From Proteromonas lacertae (lineage: Eukaryota): a stretch of DNA of 64,000 bases. The position numbers and the translations under genes are program-made. Shown one piece after another: positions 49,991 through 63,499 of the stretch. The stretch's first letter is position 1. Every line of letters begins with the position of its first letter. The stretch is from contig NGBS01000882.1 of assembly GCA_002245135.1 (NCBI GenBank), positions 1 through 64,000 on the forward strand, in the 5' to 3' direction. The notes beneath the pieces were generated by a model, which searched no databases, was not told the DNA's origin, and saw only the letters and a program-made list of their open reading frames with translations.

Positions 49991-51576
49991 ATGAAAAAAT
50001 CTCAATTTACTGTATTGCAATTGCTTATTATTCTATATAGATTTATGGAGCTCATGACAAAGAAAATTGTGGTTATTGTAAAGGTAAAAATACTGCTAAA
50101 AGGTATAATATTATATAATCCCTAGTTTCTATGTATTTTTAAAGAATAAAGATGATTATATACCAGCTGAACAATATTTAGGTATATTGATTGCTCTAAT
50201 TAGTTAGATATGCTCAATAAAGGTTTCAGAAGGTGTGGCAACTATGTATACCATCCAGTAAATGACAAATCATGTTGTTCACTTTATACAATAAGACTTC
50301 CATTGAGTACCTTCAAATTATCAAAAAATAATAAGCAAGTATTGAAAAAGTTCGAAAATTTTCTTGATCATGGTGATACAAAAGCATTACAACCAAAAGA
50401 AGCTAAAACAGTTGAGCCAAAGAAGAGTTGCTCTTTTAATTCCAGTTTAAAATCTGCTGTAGGTTATATTGTATCAAATCATAAATGGAATATCAAATTA
50501 AATGAATCAATTTTGCAATTCAAACCATGCAATAGATTAGAAGAATATAATTTTACTACATCTATTGGAATTACCATTTCAAATGTTTTGAAGAAGGAAA
50601 ATATACAATTATCAGCAGTTGATATATCTAAAGAAATAATGAAGTATATGATAGAAGAACAAAAATGTAATTTTAAAAATGAGGTATGTGGTAATGGGTA
50701 TATTAACATTTATGATAGTAAACCAATTGAAATGAAAAAAGAAGAAAAAAACTCAAAAGAAAATAATAGTAAAAATGATAAACAAAAGAACAACATTAAT
50801 TCGTTAATGTATATATTTAATAAATAATTATATGTTATTATGTAAATAGTGATCATAAACCACATGTATATTCTCAAAAAATATATCCTTCAAGATATTA
50901 TTCTAAAAGTTATTCATTGTATGAGAAATATCAAAAGACTGTATATCACGACGATGATATTACCAAAAAAAGTTATGAAAGATTTTTAATCACTTCTTTA
51001 CTAGATTATGAACCACCAGAAAAAGTAGGTTTTGAGCCAGGAAGAGGAAGTTTCCATTTAGAACATTGGATTGATAGTAAATTAGTTGCTGTAAGTGTTA
51101 TTGATATAATGACTGAATCAGTTGTATGTTTTTATTTAATATATATATATATATAGTCATCTGTTTATTGTTTTTATGATCCAGATTATAGCTTTCTAGG
51201 AATTGGTAAAGTTACAATTTTAAAGGAAATTGAATTTGCTAAGAAGATAAAAGAAATGAAATATTATACATTAGGATATTACAGTCCAACCATAGTTAAA
51301 TTAAAATATAAAGCAGAATATCAACCATGTGAATTATTATGTGATTTGAAACAAGAGTATTATCCATTTAATATTGCTTATGAAAAATTGAAAAACAATG
51401 GATTTAAATACACTCCATTTGTTGATAATGCAGAAGCTTATAAAATGATAAAAGATAAAGTTATAGATAATGAGCTTCAGAAATATATGGTGAGTAAAAA
51501 TACTGCTGAGAAATTGAGAGGTTGCTTCACATATTTAGGAATTAAATTTATTAAAGAAAATTCAGTGTATTGTTAA
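49991..51576 (+). CDS. ATE1: Arginyl-tRNA--protein transferase, ~477 aa; introns 50012-50040, 50103-50125, 50182-50207, 50809-50849, 51124-51156
   Basis: CGYC, GFRRCGNYVYHP..SCC..YTIRL, LYEKYQKTVYHD, GSFHLEHWID.KLVAVSVIDI, SSVYCFYDPDY, YYTLGYY..KLKYKAEYQP. Confidence 0.94.
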
Positions 51577-51777
51577 ATTTGTTAATTGCTGTGCCAATAA
51601 TTATTGTTACATATGTGATATGTTCTTTTATGGTTTTAAAATATGAGAATAAAAAAGAAAATTAACAATCGTGAATATCAATGAAACAACCGTTACTGAA
51701 ATAGTTAACAATCATGTTAACAACCGTTTCTTGTAACATTACAAAATATTTGTTTTGAATTTTCTTTTTCAATCAAA

Positions 51778-53189
51778 ATGTCAGAAAATGTATATTTATA
51801 TGCTATTATATCATTAGAAAGATAAACAAGAGTTTAATGATGATGCTTTAATAGAAGTATATCCAATAATAATACATTTGTACTTAATAGGCTTTTGATT
51901 CAGCTTTAGGAGCTCATATGGAAGTGGATGTGGAAAAGTACAAGGCTGAGCAAAAGAAAATACGTGAATCAGAAAAGAAGAAAAAGTATAGTCTAAATTC
52001 TATTAACTGTAGGTATGAACCTATTCCACCACCATCAGAAATACAAAATGAACCTCCTCCTCAACCACCACAACCACAGCCACCAGTTGATCAATCTTAT
52101 GGGTATGGTTATAATCAATCATTCTATCCAAATATGTGTTATCCAGGATATAATCCATACTCACCTCAATCATCTTATCCACCAACTCAATCAATGCCTA
52201 CTTATCCTCAATCATCCCAATCTACACCTCATCAACCTCAACATTTTGTTCCATCTAGTTTTATGATTGGAGATACACCACCGAATGATGAATGTTACAG
52301 ATGGTATAGAAAAGGACTTTATGAAGGATTTCATTTAGGTCATCAACGTTTAGAACATCTTAATAATAGAAATAGAAATGAAGAAGAAGAAGATGATGAT
52401 GATGATGAAAGAAAACCAAGAAGAATTTCCAATAAAAAACACAAAAAACTTTCATATATAGGTAAATTTAATGGTTTACATCATAAAAAGCATTATAAAT
52501 CTTCATCATCCTATTCAGATGAATCAAGTAACAATGACGATGGTGATTATAAACATTATCATCATCATCATATTCCACATCATCGTCAAGGTTATGGTGA
52601 ATTTATGAAGTGTATGGAAATGAAAAAACATCGTCATCATCTTCATCATCATCATCATCTACCACCAGGACCACCTCCACCTCCACCTCCATCAGCAACT
52701 CCATTTATGAATAATATGCCATTATTTCGTGATTATGATTCTTACCCTCATCATATGACACCACCACCAGGACATCTACCATATTGGATGAATAGGCATG
52801 ATAGACATCATCACCATCATAAACATCATCATCATCATCATAATGATAATATGAAGAAAGGAAGAAAAGAAGAAAATGAAAAGAATGAAGAATCTAAAGA
52901 GAAAAAGAAAGAATTGAAGAAACATCATAAACATACTCATTCTCATCATAAGAAAGATTTATCACCATCTTCTTCTTCTTCATCATCAATATCTGATTTA
53001 TCAACATCATCAACTTCTTCTTTATCAGGAAATAGTTCAGAATCTTCTTCAGAATCAGCTCCTGAAAAAACAAAAAGCAAAAGTGAAGTGAAGAAACACA
53101 AACACAATATATCTAAGAAAGAAAAGTTAGAAAATAATGAAAAAGAAGAAAACAATGAAGAGAATAATGAGGATAATAAAGAAGAATAG
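51778..53189 (+). CDS. SMN: SMN-like (survival motor neuron) protein without Tudor domain, with long His/Lys/Ser-rich C-terminal extension, ~449 aa; introns 51790-51817 and 51857-51890
   Basis: Splicing creates FNDDALIEAFDSAL (Gemin2-binding motif type WDDxALIxAYDxA), followed by a Pro-rich region and the YG-box-like WYRKGLYEGFHLG. Confidence 0.68.
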
Positions 53190-53347
53190 AGTTAATCTCT
53201 CAATTAGTTATTGATCTATTATATTAATGACATTATTATTATATTGAATATTGTATGAATGTTTTATGTCTTTATGATTGAAAAAAACTCAAACAAAACA
53301 TTCTGAAACGAATATTTTTTCAATAAAATTTTGTTTTGCTTTAAAAC

Positions 53348-54156
53348 ATGGCTTTGTTTGTCCGTTGGGGTGTAAATATTGCAGAATGGAATCCATCAAA
53401 AGAAGAATTTGATAAATTACTTGATACTGTTGAACCAGAAGAGAAAATTAGAATATCTAAGTATTTAAAGAAAAAAGATAGAAAAGTATTACATATATGG
53501 AATATAAATAATTCATATAGTTGACATTAGCAGGCAGATTGATGATTCGTAAAGGATTATCAACAATTCTAAATGTACCGCTTTCAGAACTAAAAGTAGG
53601 AAGAACACAATATGGAAAGCCAACTATAGAGAATGATATATCTAATACTCCCTATAAAAATATCTCTTTCAATTTAAGTCATCATGGTGATTATGTCTTA
53701 TTTGTATGTCATTCTGAGAGAAAAATTGGTATTGATATATTAAGATATGATCCACCTCGAAAAGCAATACCAGAGTATTTTAGATTAATGAATAATTGCT
53801 TTACAAAACAAGAATGGAGTGAAATAAAAGAAGAAGAAGATCAAATGAATCAATTGAAAAGATTTCAGCAATTTTGGACTTTAAAAGAAGCATATACGAA
53901 ATCACTAGGTATTGGTTTAGGTTTTGATGTACAAAGAGTGACTTTTCACATGACAAATAGAAATGATAAAGTGATTAAATCAACTGCTGTTGTTGATAAT
54001 TGTCCAGTTGAACATTTTGATTTTTATACTTTCGATATTGATGATATGCATGTTGTGTCTATTGCTCTTGATTATGAAGATAATTCAAAAGATAGAGAAG
54101 AGTATAACTATGAATCTTTGAAATTTGAATATAAAAATCCAAATGATTTAATATAA
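53348..54156 (+). CDS. Sfp/AASDHPPT-type 4'-phosphopantetheinyl transferase, ~257 aa; intron 53486-53520
   Basis: RTQYGKP, FNLSHHGDYV, IGIDI, FWTLKEAYTKSLGIGL. Confidence 0.93.
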
Positions 54157-54272
54157 AGATATAATTAAGATATGTTTAAGTTTATTAGAGTGTTTATTTA
54201 TATATTTTTCAAAATACAATTTCAAGCCAAGCTATTTCCGTTTTTATAGTTTTAAATTTTTTGTTTTTTTCT

Positions 54273-57200
54273 ATGCTAGATTTGAAAGAAATAAGTGATG
54301 AATTTAATAAAATATGTCGTGATAGCATAACACAGATTGTGAAGGATATTAGATTAAAACAAGTTCCTGTATTTGTTCTTTTCGTTTATTTTTAGGGAAT
54401 TGAATATTCAGAATTGGCTTATTCACAATATTTCAATGATAGAATTCAAGATACTTTAAAGAAAGCTCATATTAAGCTGATTGAAGGTGATTATTACAAT
54501 TTCTTATATTTTGTATGATTGTTTATATATAATTAAACTATTAGGATTGGTGAAAAATTCTTATCACTCAAGGAATACTCCTTTGTAATAAAAGATTGCT
54601 TTAATACAATATTGAAGCACTTTGAAACTCCTCCAGATATTAAATCAAGTGAATATAATGTATGTTATACACAATATTTCATTTTTAATCCTTATAGTTA
54701 TATGTTCAAACAACTTATTACCAATATCGCTGTCAATATCATAAACTAATCAAAGCAGATCCACAGTTCAGATCATTAACATCCCAACAAAGTATTACTA
54801 ATCTATTGGAATCAATATATCAACTAACTCAAAGTATTCTGAACAATGAAGTAGATGTATTAGAAAACAATTATTGGCATATCAACAACATTGCATTATT
54901 AATAACAGAAATATTCTCAGAATTATTAAAGTTTAACAATCAGAATATACCAATGGAGAGAATAAAATACTTAATTTATACAATAAAAGCAATTGAATCA
55001 GTAGTAACCTTATATTCAATTGATTATTTGGAAATGAGAGTGAATTTATACCATATATTATACAAGTTATATTTAATGAACAAAAAATACAATGAAGCTA
55101 GAAAATGTGCATATGAATGTGCAAGACAAATAAATCATATTAGAAAATTAGAAGAAATACAACCACCAATACCTCCTAGAACAGTAGAAATATTAAACAA
55201 CATGGATTTACTAAGTTCTTATATGGTATTGAAATCTGAAATTCTATTGGATAATGATGTTATTGATGAGGCTTTAAATACTTATAATGATGATTTTGAG
55301 AAGATTCAAGCATTGACATATGCATTAACACCTGTTAATGGAAAATTCACTAAATTAGAGAATGAAGAAGAAATTCCATCATTATATTCAGCAATTAAAG
55401 AAAAATTAGATGAATTACTACCTCAATATACAAAAGTATATACAGACAAAGAATTAGATACAATCGAAGAAGAACCTGAAGAAGTGGAAGAAACAAAAGG
55501 TGGGAAAAAAGGTGCTGCAAAAAAAGATGATAAAAAGAAAAAGGAAAGTCCAAAAAAGAAAGATAAAGATACAAATGAAGAGTCTAATCCCAGTACATCA
55601 CGTACAGGTGATAATACAACTGCTAATACACCATTACCAACTGATATACAACCATCGCTACCACCAACAGATGTTAATATTGGTGATACTATAACAACAA
55701 CTGTAAATGTGGAAAAGAATAATAATGGTGAAATAAAGACTATTTTATCACCAGAAAAGTTAGAAATGATTAATAATTCTAATAAAGTATTGCCATTAAG
55801 GACTCATGTTGCTATATTTAAATCATATTATTTATATAATTTCATTACTGAATTTGATAAAATGACTGAACATTTGTTATTTAGATGTAAATTGATCAGA
55901 GACAATAATATTGATAACAGTGAATGTGAAGATATTGCATTAGACAGAGTAGTAATGTTATTGATCAATTTGAGAAAGATAGATATCGCAATAAATGGAG
56001 TAGAAAAAGAAGAAGAAAATACAGATCCAAAAGATAAAAAAGGTAAAGGAAAATCAATTGTAAAAGATAATAAAAAGAAACCAGGCTCAGCACAAGGTAA
56101 GAAAGGAGGAAAAGATGCAGAAGAAACAGAAGAAGAAGAAGAAAAACCTATTGTACCAGCTATACCAGAGACTGAAGAAGAAAAGAAAGAAAGAGAGTTA
56201 TATGAAGAAATACAATCACAATTCAAAGATTTACCATTTATCAAAGGAATAAAAGAGATTAAAACATTAATAAAAATGGTTAAATCTTGTTTATTAAAAC
56301 CATATACTTCATTTTATATCTATTTCCCTGATTTATTGAGAGATATGTTATTATATATATACAATCAATATACTGTTCCATTGATGGATTATTTAGATGG
56401 TTTATTTCCAGGTCAAGTTGTAGCTGAACCAATTCAAGACATAATAGTGAATAGTTTATATATTATATTGAATTATTCAAATATTATTCAATTGAATGAT
56501 CCATTATTGTGTTGTCAAGTAGCTTTGAGATTAGGTAAATATTACTGTGAGAATAAACAAGATTATAGAATGGCAATACAAATAATGAGAAATGAATTAT
56601 ATAATATAGAAAAGGTTAGAGATGATTTAGTGAATATGGATATTTATAATTTCAATGATCAGGATATTGAATATTTATTTTACAGAGTTGGAATTACAAT
56701 GGATATACATCAACATCCTCATTTCAAAGAATTGGCCAAGCCATTAACAAATAATCCAATTATTGGAGCAGGATCTGCTTATCATTATTATTATCAAGAC
56801 TTGGCTTGTTATCATATTGATATATTATGTCAATTATATGATTATGAGTTTCAAGAAGCTATTGTAGTTGGTAAAGAAGCATTTAAACGAAAAATTAGAG
56901 TAAATGCTGAAATGAAGAAGAAGAATAAATATAAAAAGACTTTGGATTTACCGCCTGAATTACAGGAACATGAAGAAGATTTCATTGAGAAAGAAAGTGG
57001 TAGAACGGAAGGAATATTAGCCAATCAATGTAGACATAACAGTCTATATAGAGCCATATTGAACTTAATAACATGTAAATACAGACCCAATAAATTAGAT
57101 TATATAAACTCAGCATTTGAAAGTCTAAAAGAATACACTGAAAGAAATATGAAATTATTTGCAGTTAGTTGTAGCAATTGTAACAATATGATACCAACTA

Positions 57201-60200
57201 AAGTCCCGCCTCCACCATTAATATTAACACGAAATCATTCATCAATTACTATTAAACCTGATTATTATAAACCACTCTCAGAAACCACTCATTTGACATA
57301 TTATAAAGCATTTTGCAAACCATTTGGAACTGGAACAGATGTTTCTTTAACTAATAGAGAGTTTAATGGTTGTAATAGACCTGTCTATCCAGGTGAATTC
57401 GTCACAATTACAGGATTATTACCCAATGAAAGTTATTTATTTGCATTTGCAGCTTATGATCAGAATGATGAATTGATTGGTGGAAAAATAGGTCAAACTA
57501 GTGAATGTATAACAACTCTAAATCCATTACCTGTAATGATGATCTATGGATATTTACAATTAATAATTGAAGATAATAAGATTGAAGATTGTACAGTAGC
57601 AAAAGAGATAATAAAATACTTTGTAGATCATCATCCAATTAAACCAGTTCATGAAGAAATATCATTCTTTACACAGAAATTAATAGAAGATAGAGTGAGA
57701 TTATCTCATCCAATAGTATTGCGTTGTTTAAGTCATGCATTAGTGTATAATATGAAGCAAAATACTAAAGAAGAAATTCCATCTAACACACCAGTATATC
57801 ATCAGATATTGAACAGAATGGAGTATATACAACAAGGAATATTAGGAATAAATGTAGCAATTAGTATATATATATATATATAATATATAATTTTAATATA
57901 TATTTTGTATAGTTTTACAAGATAAAGATCTTATTCTTTCTAGTTGTAATACAGTTTATAATAGTTTAATCACATTATTAAAGTTCAAAGGAATTGAATA
58001 TCACTTGTTATATCCTTATACTGTATTAATAAAAGCAATTGAATTAATACCACCAGAACAACGAGATGAAGCTATAAGGAAAATATATTGTTCTATCTGT
58101 TATCAATTATTCAAAATAGGTAGAAAAGTAGAAAAAGAAACAGTCAAGAAATTGCTAGAAAATTCTGTCCAATTAATGGATAAATTGACAATCGTTAAGA
58201 CAACAATCGAAGAAGAGAAATCATTGAAATTATTATACACTTTAGAAGGATATTTACAATTACAACCACCACAACCAGTTAAAGGAAATGGTAAAAAAGA
58301 TGATAAAAAACAACAAAAAGCCAAATCAACAAAGAAAGGAACAACTCCTGAAGAAGATGAGAATGAAGAAGATGATGAAAATGTGGAATATCCAGATATA
58401 ACTACTGATTTCTATTCACAGTTATTAGCTTATGATTATCAAACAGTGTTAAATTATTTACAAGAAAATATTAAACATCCTAATTTTTTACAATATATTA
58501 GTTTATTGTGTAGTTATTATTATTCTAAAAGAGATTATGCTGCTTGTGTTTCAATATTAGATTCGTTTCAAATGCCAAAATTATTACCATTTGTTCAAGA
58601 AACTATCAATAATAGTGATTTGAACTATTTATTCCCACCAAATTCTAATTTAAACAGTGCCAAAAGTAACTTTAGTGATGGAGGAATAATAGGAGATGCG
58701 ACAAATATTCCAATACCAGAAATGAATGATACAAATCCAAAGATTCCAGGAAAACCAACTACACCATTGAATTTAGAAACATCCACTACAATTGCAGTAA
58801 GAAATGAGATTAATTCAGCAAGACCAACTGCTAGAAGATCCAGTATATTAAAAGAAGAAAAAAGATTAGGAGGAGGTAGTATGAAGAAAGTGAAGTTTGA
58901 TTTAGGTGATTCTACTAATGAAGAGCAGATCAATATACCAAGAGGAACTCCTGAAGAATTGAATCAATTGAAATGGTTGAGTTATATTGAATATTTGAAA
59001 GGATTGTTAAATAATCGATATTTATATGGAGATGGTCATTATAAAGTAGAAACTAGTGAAGCATTATACACTAATTCATTATTATTGAATATCCAACCAC
59101 CAGAAAAACCAATCGAACAACCAACACCAGTAGTAGTAGAAGAGCCACCTCCAGAAGAATCTACAAATGGCAGAAAAAGTAAAACAGGAAAAAGACCAAC
59201 ATCAGCCAATAAAAAGAAAGGTAAAAAAGGAGAAGATGAAGAACCACCTAAACCACAAGAAGATCCTTTTTATATTTCCATATTTTCCTACTCATTATCC
59301 ATATGGTATGCTCAACATAGTGAGAATTGGACAATGATGATCAACTCCTGTAAATTACTCATAAACTGTTTGAAATTGAGTTGGAAAGGACCAGAAATGA
59401 TGTGGGATAAGTTTATTGATGAACAATACAAAGATCATGCATTACCTATCAAGAGAATGGCTGAATCCTTAGTTTCTGCAATGTTTATGGAGAATATGAT
59501 GGATTCTTTATCAGATTTCCAACATTATAATCAATTAAATTCATCCCAACAAACAAAGAAAGTTGATGAAAATGGTAATTTGATAAGGAATCATGGTGAA
59601 GAATATGATGAACCAGATAATAAAGATGAAAAACCAATAAGAGTCTATGATTTAGATAGAGAATGGATTGATACAATAATGGTCATAATATTTGGTTTAT
59701 TATATGGTAATAAAGAGTGGAGATATTTGGTAAGTTTAGGTGAAAGATATAATAAAGAAAGAGGTGAAAAGAATGAGAAAATATTGAAATATATGAAATA
59801 TGCACAGACTCAATTATTAAGTGATATGAATAAAGAGTTTAAAGATCTAGAAAATGAATTAAATACAAGAAAAGACAAATATCAAGAAATACAGAAAGGT
59901 AAAAAGACATTTAGACAACGTAAGCTTGTACAAGTGGAAGAAGAAAGGACAGATGAAGAAAAACAATTGGATCATGAGATAACAATATATGAAAGACAAT
60001 ATGCTGATATGAAAATGGATTTAGACATTCAAGAACAAGTTGATAGAGATATACAAGAGACATTAGATATAATAAATAGAGATAAATTAGATTATATTAG
60101 CTTAACTGAAGAATGTAAAGAAAGGTACTATTTATATCAACAACAACAACAAGCTCAATTACAACAACCAGAAGAAGTTAATAATTTAACAGTTCAAACA

Positions 60201-63200
60201 ATATCCATTAAACAATTATTGACTCTTTATAATAAGACTATTTATATACTAAGAATGAGACAACAGAATGATTTATTATGTCAATTATTAGACAATATTG
60301 GTGATATGTTTTTAAGAGTTGGAAATATAGAAAAAGCGAATAAATATTATGTCGATGCAATAGATGGTATGTTTGGTACATTTGATATAATCAATAACTA
60401 TGAAGAATATATGAATAACAATAATATTATCATTACATTAGGATATAAGAATATAGTATATGCCTGCAATGTTGTTTATAAACTATACAAATATACTTCA
60501 AATGATAATAACAACAATAAATTGAATTACACTATATTTATCTCATGTTTAATTAAAGAGTTGTTTAGTATATCTTATCCACATCCTCAAAGATATTGTG
60601 ATTACAATAACTATATAATTGATGAAGTGTGGAATAATAATAATCTATTTAATGATATAAGTGTATTATCACCATCATTAGTGTTAGAAATGTTATATTA
60701 TACTGCAGTCTATTTATATGAATATAATTATTATCTAAGTGCTTTTCCTATATTATCTTATGGTATATTTATATCAACAAGGTTATGCAGAAATCCAATA
60801 TATGCAACTATGTTTAGAATATTGTTATGTAAAGCACAGTGTAAATTGTCCTATTACCATAATGCAGTTATGACGTATTATTACATTATTACATGCTCTG
60901 AATGTCCTATTCTATCACCTTCTGAAAATGATGAAAATGAAGAGAATAATGCTAAAGGTAAAACAGGTACAAATGCAGCAGCAGCTAAATCAAAAGCAAA
61001 AGGTGGAAAAGCAACTCCAGTTCAAGCTCAAGCCACTGATGAAAATTTACCACCAGAATTCAAAGTATATGAGCCAATCGAACAGAATAAAGCAATTATT
61101 GATTATTTATTAGATGGAGTAATATTAGCAGCAAATATAAAGAAGTTATATGGTGAAACACTAACACATCAAGTGACTTTATTGAGATTTGAAATATTAT
61201 TAGATATAGCAGCAAATTGTGAAGGTGAATATAGAACAAAGATATTGAATTCAATGTTTCCTGAGTTACAGAGTTATATAACAGTGTTTAATACAGTTGA
61301 AGAAAAACCAGAGGATGAAGATGAAGCTGAAAATAATAAGAATCAAACAACCAAAGGATCAAGACCAGGAACAACCAAATCAGCTAAAAAACCAGCAAAT
61401 CCTAAAGATAACAAAGCAAAATTAGCTGCTCAATTAATGAGTGGAGATCCATCCACATTACCTGAACAATTGAAGATAATATTAGAATGTAATTTATATA
61501 ACTTATTATATCGATATTATACTATTCAATATCAATATAAAGAAGGTAATACATTTTGTAATAGAATCTTAGAAAGAATTGATAATTATACAAAATTACA
61601 TGTATTACCAATACCACTTACATTCGAATATCAACCAAACTTAGCAGAATATGGTGGATTTAGTAGTATTTATATAAAGACAAAATTGAACCAATCAAAA
61701 TGTTTATTATATATGAATCAATATAAACTATCCAATCAAATATTAGAAGAATTGGATAAATATTGTGATAATAAGAACGAGATATATTATAGAAGATATT
61801 TGTATTATATTCAATATAAATTGTATGTCAATCAAGGAGATATTGAAAATGCAAATACTGCAATTAATAAAGCTACAAAGATCGTATATTTATTTATCAA
61901 TTTAATTATTTATATTTGAATAGATTGATGAAAACAGTTATGATGATATATTTACATATGAAATTATATTATCCAAAATCTGTAACAATATCAATGTCAA
62001 TAGAATCAATAATAAAGATCAACAAATAGAAGTCTATAATAAAGAATTAGAAGCATTACGTAATGTTATTGCATTTATGTTAAGTTATCTTCAAGATAAT
62101 GGAATAATCTATCCACCAGATGATAATCCCGAAGAAGCTAAAAGAGAGAAATTGAGATATAATGTTTATAATAACACAATCAAATACTATGAAATAGCTG
62201 AAGCTTTGTATGTATTATATACAATAGAAAAACCAAAATTATTGACTGAAGATGAATATCATATGTGCACTAATTATATCGATGAAGCATTAAAGTTTAT
62301 GAAATATTCAACACCCGAACCACATTCAGTTAAATCATTATTATTATATGAAAAATCATACTTTGAGAAATATGACATTTTAATTAGAATTATAGGGAAT
62401 AGTATGAAATATGATGAAAGTGATGTTAAATGTATAATTGAAGATTTTGAAACATGTGTGAAATACAGTATTAATGAAGATATTGGTTTATATGATATAT
62501 CGAATAACTGTTTTAAACAGTTATTTTTGTTATATTTCAATATATATCCAAGTGAATTTAACAAGTTATATTACTATTTAATGATGATAAAGATGTGTTT
62601 GAGTAGAAAACATGAATTTTGGTTTAATATTCAAAGTTATTTTAATGATGGATTAAAAGCAGATATTTTACCTTTAGAAATACATAATGATTACCAATAT
62701 ACCTTAGAAAATAATAGTGAATTAAATACAGCTACATTCTATAATTATTATCAATTGTTATTGAAAGAATATGAATATAGTGGAGTGATTGATATTCGAT
62801 TGAATTTATTGATATATGAAGCTTATCAATATATTATAAAGAATATGCCAAACTTCAATACAAATTTAAAGGTTAATCCAATGGAAGAATCATCTTTAAC
62901 ACCATTAGATACTTCTATTGTTGTATTATTATTATTTTTAATATTTTTAATAGACTTATATTACTAATCCAGATGCTGTTGAAGAACAAGATACTGAGAC
63001 TGAAATATGTTACATCTACCTCTCAGGAAAAGGCTGTTTTAGTTTCCCAATCAATACAGACACAATGAACAGTATTAAACAATTAGTGAAGAAAACATTA
63101 GAAGAAGCGAAGAAAAATCTTCCACCAGAACCAACTCCAGTTCCAAACGCAAAAGGAAAGAAAACTCCCAAACCTGCAGCCAATAGGAAATCAAAGATTG

Positions 63201-63499
63201 GTGGTAAGAATTCTAAAGGTGCTACTCCTGTGCCTGAAGAGACATTAGAAGGATCTTTGACTGAAGAACAACATAATGAATTCTTGAAGGAATTTGTTTG
63301 TATGATTTTACCTGATAAAATGAATGAGAATGAAGAAGGAGAGATTGTGTGTAGTGTAGAACCATTTAAATATGATGTGAATACAAGTTTGTCGTTGATT
63401 AATAGAATTGGAAAGTTATTTGTGTCAGATTTTAATGAAATACAAGATGATGATGAAATACATCCATTGATTGAGTGGTTCTTCTCTTTATTAAATTAG
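54273..63499 (+). CDS. CFAP54: Cilia- and flagella-associated protein 54-like, ~3000 aa; introns 54369-54395, ~54513-54544 (phase conflict), 54660-54697, 57864-57912, 61884-61923, 62923-62953
   Basis: Very large helical protein with Lys-rich loops and the FN3-like segment VTITGLLPNESYLFAFAAYDQNDELIGGKIGQTS..LNPLP characteristic of CFAP54; SISYPHPQRYCDY in the C-terminal half. Confidence 0.8.

Noticed and set aside
3125..62564. Numerous 60-140 aa antisense or off-frame ORFs rich in Leu, His, Ile, Ser and Phe
   Set aside because: Shadows of biased codon usage in the real genes they overlap.
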